From Blastocladiella emersonii ATCC 22665 (lineage: Eukaryota; Fungi; Blastocladiomycota): DNA of 64,000 bases. Both the position numbers and the translations under genes were made by a program. Location: the NCBI GenBank assembly GCA_025594325.1, contig JANHCV010000016.1:497734-561733 (forward strand), written 5' to 3'. The notes under the pieces are model-generated. The model was not told where the DNA came from. It searched no databases and was given only the letters and a program-made list of their open reading frames with translations. Positions 48,006-58,000 of the stretch are shown one piece after another (position 1 is the first letter of the stretch; every line of letters starts with the position of its first letter).

Positions 48006-51000
48006 ATGGTCGGTTCTCGATTTGGCCTGCGCGCCGCCCTGGTCGCCGCCGTCGCTGGCTATGCCGCGGCGACCCCCTTCCTCCACACGGTCAACCAGCA
48101 GTACCCGAACGGCACCATGTGGTACGTCGCCTCGCCGGCTCTTCGACCTGCTGAAGGTGGCAACGATCGCTCACGCGCCCGCCGATCCCTGTCCGTAGCG
48201 AGCTGCCGAGCTTCCTCGACCAGTCGTGCCCGCAGCTCTGCGCGTCCGACGTGGCCAAGTGCCCCGACGCCTACCGGCCCAAGTGCCCCGCCGGCACCAC
48301 CTACTGCGTCGACGGCACCTGCCAGGCCTCGTGCCCCGCCGACGCCGTGTCGCCGTGCGCGTGCCCGTCGTCCTTCGACTCGTCCTTCGACACGTACAAG
48401 TCGTGGTACCCGTGCATGGCCGACGCCGGCAAGCCCGAGACGGGCCTCCTCGTCGTCAACCTGACCAAGGTGCAGCCCACCAACCGCGCCGACCGCCTGC
48501 TCGAGGTGTGCAACGCCCAGATCCTGCGCAGCGCAGCCGACAAGGACGCGACCGCCTTCCTCGCCTGCCCCGTCCGCGTCGTCCCCGCCTACACGCTCGA
48601 CCTGCCCATCTGGAAGTCGTTCTGGGGCATGCTCGGCATCCAGGCCACCGTCATCGCCTTCTTCCTCGCCCTCAAGACCGTCTCCGAGCGCTCGATCCGC
48701 AAGGCCGCCGACGCCTTCGCCGCCGGCTCGGGCTCCGACTCGGACGAGCCGCTCGCCGCCGCGACCGCCGCCCCCGGCGAGAAGCAGCTGCTCGAGCACT
48801 TCCGCCATGACTCGTTCTTCGATGTCCACGCCCTGCCCGCCTCGACCAAGATCGCCGAGAAGGCCGCCTCCGTGACCCCCGCCAAGAAGCTGTCGCCCAG
48901 CGACCCGGGCTACATCCGCTTCGCCTACTACGTCAACCACCCGCTCGGCACTCTCGGTTTCTACCTCTCGGTCGCCTGGATCCTGTACCTGCAGGTCTTC
49001 CTCGCCCTCACCGTCTACGACTACTACGGCTCGCTCTCGGCCACGCCCACGGTCCTCTTCTACCTCACCGACTACCAGATCCCCTTCGGCTTCGTGTTCG
49101 CGTGGCACTTCATGGTCATCACCCTCGTCGTCTGGCGCATCGGCGGCGTCGTCACGGTCCGCAACTGGTTCCGCATCCGCGTCCGCGACGTGCACCAAGC
49201 CCAGTTCGTCGTCGTCACCCGCCGCATCGACGCGATCCGCGCCACGGACCACGCCGAGAAGGGCTTCATCAAGGGCATGCTCGCCCTCGTCGCCGCTGTC
49301 GAGCGCCTCGCCGACCAGTACCTCAAGTTCTCACTCAAGGTCACGGCCCACCAGGTCCACATCTCGCAGCACGTCCGCGTCCCCTACTTTTACGACGAGT
49401 GCATCCGCTACGTCTACAACCCGCTCGTGCGCGACTTCACCCCGTACCCGTACTCGCTCGGCGACGGCCTCAGCGAGCTCGCGGCCCTCGGCAACGCCAC
49501 AGCCGACAAGGGCGGCCTCCCGACCGAGACGGTCGACCAGCGCCAGGACCTGATCGGCCTCAACGAGATCGACATCCCCGCCCGCAGCTTCGTCGACCTG
49601 TGGACGTCCGAGGTCGGCGGCTGGTTCTACCTGTACCAGGGCAGCTGCCTGTGGGTCTGGTACTACTTCTCGTACTGGCAGATGGGTCTCGTCCTCACGG
49701 TCGTGATCCTGATCGCCTCGCTCATCAAGACCCGCGTCAGCTTCAAGTCGCACCGCCGCATCCGCATGCTCGCCTCCATGACCACCAACGTGACGGTGCT
49801 GCGTAACGGCGCGTGGACCGTCGTCGACAGCCGCGCCCTCGCGCCCGGCGACGTGGTCCAGGTCTCGGCCGGCGTCCTGTCGGTCGACGTGCTGCTGTGC
49901 CGCGGCCAGGCCCTGCTCGACGAGAGCTCGCTCACGGGCGAGTCGCGCCCGATCCGCAAGTTCCCCGCCCCGACGAACGACGAGTCGTCGCTCAGCTTCA
50001 CGCACCACAAGCGCCACATCCTGCTCGCCGGCACGGGCATCCTGCAGGCCGACGAGGGCGCCTACGGCCTGGTGCTCAAGACCAACGTCAACACGTCGCG
50101 CGGCCAGCTCATCCAGAAGATGCTGCACCCGACGCCCATCACTTTCGTCTTCGACGAGCAGCTCAAGGTCGTGCTCGTGATGATGCTGACGTGGGGCGTG
50201 CTGTGCTTCTCCATGGTCCTGTACGAGATGGGCAACGGCACCATCGCGTCGTGGTTCTACGCGCTGTTCATCATCTCCGAGATCATCTCGCCGCTGCTGC
50301 CCGCGGTGCTCGTCGCCGGCCAGTCGGTCGCCGCCGACCGCCTCGTGTCCAAGCACCAGGTGTACTGCATTGACCTGCCGCGCATCACCATGGCCGGCAA
50401 GACGCAGCTCTTCTGCTTCGACAAGACGGGCACGCTGACCAAGGAGGGGCTCGACATGTGGGGCTTCCTCCCCGCCTCGGCCTCGCTGCCGAACGGCGGC
50501 GGTGACGGCGACGCGTCGTCGGGCAAGCTGATCGAGCTCCAGTCCGACTACGCCCGCCTCGGCGCCCAGGACCGCCTCGGCCTCGCCACGGCGCACTCGC
50601 TCACGGCGCACGAGCGCCAGCTGCTCGGCAACCCGGTCGACGTGTCCATGTTCGAGTTCACGGGCTGCGCCCTGCAGGGCGACGATGTGACGGCCGCCAC
50701 GGGCGAGTCGCTCGCGCGCATCGTCAAGCGCTACGAGTTCATCCACGCCAAGCAGACCATGGCCTCGCTCGTCGAGTCGACCGTCGACAAGAAGCTGCAC
50801 ATCTTCGTCAAGGGCTCGTACGAGAAGATCCGCGCCATGTGCGTGCCCGGCTCGATCCCCGCGTGGTACGACGAGATGGCGCGCGGCTACGCCAAGCGCG
50901 GCGGCTACGTGCTCGCGCTCGCGTCCAAGCCGTGCTCGCTGTCCATCGACGCCGCCATCCACCAGGACCGCGACGACGTCGAGCGCGACGTGTCGCTCAT

Positions 51001-52489
51001 GGGCCTCGTCGTCTTCCGCAACACGCTCAAGCCCGACACCAAGGACGCCATCGACGAGCTGCACCGCGGCCTGTGCCGCACCGTCATGATCTCGGGCGAC
51101 AACGTGTTCACGTGCGTGTACATTGCCCGCGAGTGCGGCCTCACGCCCATCGTCAACGAGCAGTACGCGCGCTGCATCTATGCCGACATTGCCGGTGCCG
51201 GCGAGGACTCGGTCACGTCCAGCCGCCGCAACAGCAACACGTCGTCGTCGGCCTCGTCGTCGGTCCCCGCCCCCGGCTCGCTCGTCTGGCGCGACGTCGA
51301 CACCGAGGAGATCATCTCGCCCGCCGAGCTCGACGCCCTGTGGCAGCAGCGCAACGTCAAGGCGCTCGACCTCGCCGCCTCGGGTCCCGCGTGGGCCAAG
51401 CTCGTCGACTCGGGCGACGCCGACAAGTACCTCCTGTCGTTCCGCGTGTGGGGCCGCATGTCGCCCGAGCAGAAGATCGACGTGGTCAAGCGCCACATGG
51501 CCGACGGGCTCATCGTCGCCATGTGCGGTGACGGCGGTAACGACTGCGGTGCTCTCAACGCGGCGCACGTCGGTGTCGCGCTGTCCGAGGCCGAGGCCTC
51601 GATCGTCGCGCCCTTCTCGTCCAAGACCAAGTCGGTCCGCTCGTGTGTCGACCTCATTGCCGAGGGCCGCGCCGCGCTCGCGTCGTCGTTCGCCGGGTTC
51701 AAGTTCCTCATCATGTACGGCATGACCATGTCCAGTTTCTGCCTGGTCCAGTACTACTTCTCGGTCGTGCTGCCGCAGTGGGTGTGGATCTACATCGACG
51801 GCATCATCGTCGTGTCGACCATCTACGCGCTCACGCAGGCCAAGGCGCTCAAGCACCTCGAGCCCCGCCGCCCGACCGCGCAGCTGCTCGGGCCGCAGAC
51901 CATCCTCTCGATCCTGTCGCAGGCCGCCGTCAACTGGACCTACCTGTTCCTCGGCATCTACTGGCTGTTCCAGCAGGACTGGTTCCGCTGCAACGAATTC
52001 GACGCGTCCGCGGTCGTCGACCTCGGCAAGTGGTGGCTCCTGGGCGACAACTACGAGTCGACCATGATCTCGGCCATCGTCGTGTGCCAGTTCATCAACA
52101 ACGGCGCCGTCTTCAACTTTGGCCACTACTTCCGCCGCTCGTGGTTCTCGAACCGCGTGTACGCGCTCCTGTACGTGGTGCTGCTCACGGTCATCTCGAC
52201 GCTCATCCTCTCGGACCCGTCGGCCTTCACATGCCTGTTCCGCATTAACTGCGGCAGCCCATCGTCACTCGTCGAGCTCGGCTACCCCAAGCCGACGTGG
52301 TCCATGGACCCGTACAACTCGCTGCTCGGCCACAACGTCCTGCCCGTGCCGTTCCGCTGGAAGCTCTTCACCTACGTCATGTCCAACGTCGTGCTCGGCC
52401 TCTGCATCGAGCGCCTCGTCATCCTCGGCCCCGTCCGCGAGTACATTCGCACCAAGTACCCGCTCTCGCGCAAGTACATTCCCCTGTAA
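48006..52489 (+). CDS. P5-type (ATP13A/Ypk9-like) P-type ATPase with an N-terminal signal peptide and Cys-rich domain; intron after exon 1 (~48122-48198)
   Basis: DESSLTGES (A domain), CFDKTGTLT (phosphorylation site), FVKGSYEKI, MISGDN, RMSPEQK and MCGDGGNDCGALNAAHVGVALSEAEASIVAPFSS (P5B-like). Exon 1 MVGSRFGLRAALVAAVAGYAAA is a signal peptide. Confidence 0.88.
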
Positions 52490-54294
52490 TTCACTCGTCC
52501 CTCACCTAGTCTGCACCCCTATTGCACTATTCCAATCATAGATCTCGATTTTTTGACTACTCCACCATCTCGCCTTTCATCATCTTGAGCTGTTCGTTCG
52601 CTGGAAGAGTGAGTGCGGTGCGGTGCGGAAGAGAAACCGACTGAGGAAGAAAGAAGCATGGAGGCGCGACTGGTAACGGAGGCGGGGCGAGCGGCAGGTG
52701 CGCTTAGAGGGGGTCAAAAGGGGGTAGGCGGTGAAGAGCGAATCCACACGAGGCCGGAGGAGCGCAGGCTGGTGGTTGCCAGCGAGGAGTCCTAGCTGCA
52801 AGAGCGTGAGCGCGTAATACGGCTCTAGTTTGCCGCACCTCAAACGCTGCACAACCCAAGTGTGGCGGCTCCAAGGTGACTCTGACCAAGGACCAAACTC
52901 GAACGCTGCTGCAGCCGTATTACACACGTGCTTCTTGCCAATTGCCTGACGCTAGGTTGTAGATCTTTCAAAGATCTATCAAAGAGTATAACAAAGGTTG
53001 GGGGTGACTTGAGTCACATAAGGGAGCAATGGGCAGCAAATGTGTCTCACGCTTGAGTCGACCGCACAAGGGCGAAACGATCAGATTGGACGTGGACACC
53101 TTCAGAAACCTTTGAGTAGACTATTCCATCTGCCGAATGCCGCTGAGAACGCGCGCATAAGTCAAAGGGTGATTCCAAATGGGCGTTGTCAACCTCATCG
53201 AGTTGTGTCCAAACCGACCCCACGAGGCCAAGAAGACCAGATTGAGCATGCTCACTTTGACCAACTATGTTCGTTCAGCTATCAGCTGCAGATTGCTGTC
53301 GAGAACACGCGCCTAGGTCAAAGGGTGATTCCAAACGGGCGTTGACGCGCAAAGTCCCTCGCCGCAACCCTCTTGCTGCGGCGAGGTCGCGCGCAACTCC
53401 ACCTTGCCTGCCAACACGTCAAAGCTCAATCACCACCGTTGATCCGTCCAGCAGGCGGCGTTATGGAGTCTGTAGCAAAGAGTAACGTGCACGCAAGCAG
53501 CACCTTTGAGCAGCGCTGTAGAGGGGAAGTAAGCAAACTTTGAGCGCTCAATGCTGCCCACGAGATGGAGCGCGATCTTTCCCAGCTGTGTCTCATTGCA
53601 CGCAAGGTGAGCAGCAGTGGCTCGTCAAGCAGGCAAGGAACAGGACAGAGTAGGGAAGGCGTGAGGGAGCCGATCTGAAGCTAAGCGTGTTCCGGAGCAC
53701 CCTGCTGAGTCGAACGCGTGCTCAGCACGGCGCGCGTGCAGGCAGGCAGCCGCAGTAGCAAGTAGCGACAGGCGGGGGCTGCTGCTTCCACATGCAAGCG
53801 TGAGACCTGCGCGCGCGCGTGTGATAACAGCAAGGAAACCAAAGTAGCAAGGGTGGCGGCGATGGTGCGCCGCGGCAGCAGGTGCGTTCCGCGTCGGAGA
53901 GCGAGCCGCCGCTGCCCCACCGCCCAGAACAGGCGCGGCCGCTCTGGGATTCGGGATGGGATCGAGAGCAGAGCGGAGGGAGCGCGACGCGAGGTCAACA
54001 ACGACGACAAGCCGGACGAACACCATCAAGTCACCCAACCCACCGTGTTGCTTGCTCGTGGGCCGGGTCGGCCTACGCCCGCCGCCGCACCGACCACTCG
54101 CCCGTCCAGTTTGAGCACCATCTCGAGTTTGGCGGCAGGTCCGAGTACCTTGCTCGCTGCGCAGCGAGATCCCACAGCGAGGCAGCGAGCGAAGGCGGCT
54201 CTCACGGAGGCCAGGAGCAGCGGCGCGAGCAGCGCAGGTGGGGCGGGTGGGACCTGCGCGGGCGCGCGGAAACCAGACGACAAGCACACGCGCG

Positions 54295-54318
54295 CGAGCG
54301 AGCGAGCGAGCGAGCGAG
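54295..54318 (+). repeat. (GCGA)n microsatellite within each array unit
   Basis: gcgagcgagcgagcgagcgagcga, present in each full copy. Confidence 0.8.
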
Positions 54319-55020
54319 AAGGGAGGCGAGTCCATTCGAGACACGACGAGAGAGCGCCGCGCCGCGCCGGTCAAAGGTTGAGGGTGGGGGTGGGTGCTGG
54401 CGGCGGGGGCCGCCAGCACACGATTTTTCGATCATACCCTTCACTTGAGGGCAGCAGTAGCAGCGTAGGGGCGCAATGCAGCAAGACGGATCACCCAAAA
54501 CCCTCAAACGCAGCTGCCGCCGCTGGATCAAGTCTAGACGGGAGGAGTCGAGTTGCCTCCGTGGCGAGAAGGGCGGCGGTCCGAGTCTGCGTTCCAGACG
54601 CCAGGATCGCATCCATTCGAGGCACAGATGCATGTTGCAGCGGGTCATATATTCCATGAGATGTCATTGCGGGTTTGGTGAAGTCTCGACTTTGGGGATG
54701 AGTGAGCGGTCGCGATCGCCGCGCGAGCAAGCGAAAACAGCTCGGGCATCAGGTGACAATTGCCTGACCGCTGCGAGACGCGTTTCGAGACGCGCTTTTG
54801 GCGCTCTGCCTCGGGAGACGGGCAGACGACGCACAACTGCCTCCCAACACCACACGCTTGATTGAGCCCATGCCGCGTTGCGCGGTGGGTGCATCACGTT
54901 CACATCGCAGAGTACGCACACGCGCGGGGGCCCAGAAGGCACTTGGGCAAAGTTGTTTTATGTATCGTCGGGGAGTAGTGAGCCAAAGCAGTCAGGTCTC
55001 TCTAGTTCCGGGCTGGCGAG

Positions 55021-55037
55021 CAGGGTTCGAGTCCCTG
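55021..55037 (+). promoter_or_regulatory. tRNA T-arm-like hairpin containing a consensus Pol III B-box (repeated at 57761, 60501, 63241)
   Basis: CAGGG-TTCGAGT-CCCTG is a perfect 5-bp stem with a 7-nt T-loop. GGTTCGAGTCC matches the B-box consensus GGTTCGANTCC. Confidence 0.5.
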
Positions 55038-58000
55038 TCGCATCTCGTCCAGTCCGCGTCATAGTATTGTAAAGGAGCCAGAGTTGCTCTGGCTGCGATG
55101 GTTCGCTACTCCAGTGGAGCAGTTGAGGCTTGGGCCGCGTACGGTGCATGTCCTGCGGCAGACACACACGTATCATGATTGGGCGCCTAGCGTAAGATCC
55201 CGTGGCCAGGTGGTCATCTTAGACTCAACCCGCAATCGTGGCGAATCCACGGGATAGAGGTGGAACAGATCCGGCTCAGTGGCAGTGAGCACGGTGAACA
55301 CAGCAGCTCCCAGCCCCAAGCGGCTGCTCCCTCCCTTTTGCACCATACAAGAAAATTGCGTTTACCTAAAGTACATGAAGGCGTGCACCGTACCTGCGTT
55401 TTGAGCCACTGTTACGCCGGATCAGATCAAGAACAGTGGGTTGTCGCTGTTTGCTGAACCTTCCTGAAGCCAGCTCAAGCCGTGTCCAGCGGGCGTATCT
55501 CAGAAATTTCACGTAGAACGTGTGCATGTCATGGCTAGCAAAGTTGCTTAGCTTGCGTACGGCTCTAGTTTGCCGCACCTCAAACGCTGCACAACCCAAG
55601 TGTGGCGGCTCCAAGGTGACTCTGACCAAGGACCAAACTCGAACGCTGCTGCAGCCGTATTACACACGTGCTTCTTGCCAATTGCCTGACGCTAGGTTGT
55701 AGATCTTTCAAAGATCTATCAAAGAGTATAACAAAGGTTGGGGGTGACTTGAGTCACATAAGGGAGCAATGGGCAGCAAATGTGTCTCACGCTTGAGTCG
55801 ACCGCACAAGGGCGAAACGATCAGATTGGACGTGGACACCTTCAGAAACCTTTGAGTAGACTATTCCATCTGCCGAATGCCGCTGAGAACGCGCGCATAA
55901 GTCAAAGGGTGATTCCAAATGGGCGTTGTCAACCTCATCGAGTTGTGTCCAAACCGACCCCACGAGGCCAAGAAGACCAGATTGAGCATGCTCACTTTGA
56001 CCAACTATGTTCGTTCAGCTATCAGCTGCAGATTGCTGTCGAGAACACGCGCCTAGGTCAAAGGGTGATTCCAAACGGGCGTTGACGCGCAAAGTCCCTC
56101 GCCGCAACCCTCTTGCTGCGGCGAGGTCGCGCGCAACTCCACCTTGCCTGCCAACACGTCAAAGCTCAATCACCACCGTTGATCCGTCCAGCAGGCGGCG
56201 TTATGGAGTCTGTAGCAAAGAGTAACGTGCACGCAAGCAGCACCTTTGAGCAGCGCTGTAGAGGGGAAGTAAGCAAACTTTGAGCGCTCAATGCTGCCCA
56301 CGAGATGGAGCGCGATCTTTCCCAGCTGTGTCTCATTGCACGCAAGGTGAGCAGCAGTGGCTCGTCAAGCAGGCAAGGAACAGGACAGAGTAGGGAAGGC
56401 GTGAGGGAGCCGATCTGAAGCTAAGCGTGTTCCGGAGCACCCTGCTGAGTCGAACGCGTGCTCAGCACGGCGCGCGTGCAGGCAGGCAGCCGCAGTAGCA
56501 AGTAGCGACAGGCGGGGGCTGCTGCTTCCACATGCAAGCGTGAGACCTGCGCGCGCGCGTGTGATAACAGCAAGGAAACCAAAGTAGCAAGGGTGGCGGC
56601 GATGGTGCGCCGCGGCAGCAGGTGCGTTCCGCGTCGGAGAGCGAGCCGCCGCTGCCCCACCGCCCAGAACAGGCGCGGCCGCTCTGGGATTCGGGATGGG
56701 ATCGAGAGCAGAGCGGAGGGAGCGCGACGCGAGGTCAACAACGACGACAAGCCGGACGAACACCATCAAGTCACCCAACCCACCGTGTTGCTTGCTCGTG
56801 GGCCGGGTCGGCCTACGCCCGCCGCCGCACCGACCACTCGCCCGTCCAGTTTGAGCACCATCTCGAGTTTGGCGGCAGGTCCGAGTACCTTGCTCGCTGC
56901 GCAGCGAGATCCCACAGCGAGGCAGCGAGCGAAGGCGGCTCTCACGGAGGCCAGGAGCAGCGGCGCGAGCAGCGCAGGTGGGGCGGGTGGGACCTGCGCG
57001 GGCGCGCGGAAACCAGACGACAAGCACACGCGCGCGAGCGAGCGAGCGAGCGAGCGAGAAGGGAGGCGAGTCCATTCGAGACACGACGAGAGAGCGCCGC
57101 GCCGCGCCGGTCAAAGGTTGAGGGTGGGGGTGGGTGCTGGCGGCGGGGGCCGCCAGCACACGATTTTTCGATCATACCCTTCACTTGAGGGCAGCAGTAG
57201 CAGCGTAGGGGCGCAATGCAGCAAGACGGATCACCCAAAACCCTCAAACGCAGCTGCCGCCGCTGGATCAAGTCTAGACGGGAGGAGTCGAGTTGCCTCC
57301 GTGGCGAGAAGGGCGGCGGTCCGAGTCTGCGTTCCAGACGCCAGGATCGCATCCATTCGAGGCACAGATGCATGTTGCAGCGGGTCATATATTCCATGAG
57401 ATGTCATTGCGGGTTTGGTGAAGTCTCGACTTTGGGGATGAGTGAGCGGTCGCGATCGCCGCGCGAGCAAGCGAAAACAGCTCGGGCATCAGGTGACAAT
57501 TGCCTGACCGCTGCGAGACGCGTTTCGAGACGCGCTTTTGGCGCTCTGCCTCGGGAGACGGGCAGACGACGCACAACTGCCTCCCAACACCACACGCTTG
57601 ATTGAGCCCATGCCGCGTTGCGCGGTGGGTGCATCACGTTCACATCGCAGAGTACGCACACGCGCGGGGGCCCAGAAGGCACTTGGGCAAAGTTGTTTTA
57701 TGTATCGTCGGGGAGTAGTGAGCCAAAGCAGTCAGGTCTCTCTAGTTCCGGGCTGGCGAGCAGGGTTCGAGTCCCTGTCGCATCTCGTCCAGTCCGCGTC
57801 ATAGTATTGTAAAGGAGCCAGAGTTGCTCTGGCTGCGATGGTTCGCTACTCCAGTGGAGCAGTTGAGGCTTGGGCCGCGTACGGTGCATGTCCTGCGGCA
57901 GACACACACGTATCATGATTGGGCGCCTAGCGTAAGATCCCGTGGCCAGGTGGTCATCTTAGACTCAACCCGCAATCGTGGCGAATCCACGGGATAGAGG

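Noticed and set aside
50-52500. Numerous long antisense and alternate-frame ORFs (for example 49331-52126 minus, 25877-28165 plus, 32728-34620 plus)
   Set aside because: These are shadow ORFs caused by extreme GC3 bias on the opposite strand of recognisable genes.
52940-53020. Possible selenocysteine tRNA: a 6-bp stem with a TTTCAAA loop (TCA 'anticodon')
   Set aside because: No T-loop (TTC) arm, no acceptor stem and no proper variable arm. The feature is better explained as the perfect 19-bp palindrome.
52818-55557. Unit as rDNA, 5S, snRNA, SRP, Helitron or LTR element, or a CRISPR array
   Set aside because: No conserved rRNA, 5S, U-snRNA or SRP motifs were recognised. No CTRR end near the hairpins, no TG...CA LTR, and no short repeat-spacer periodicity.
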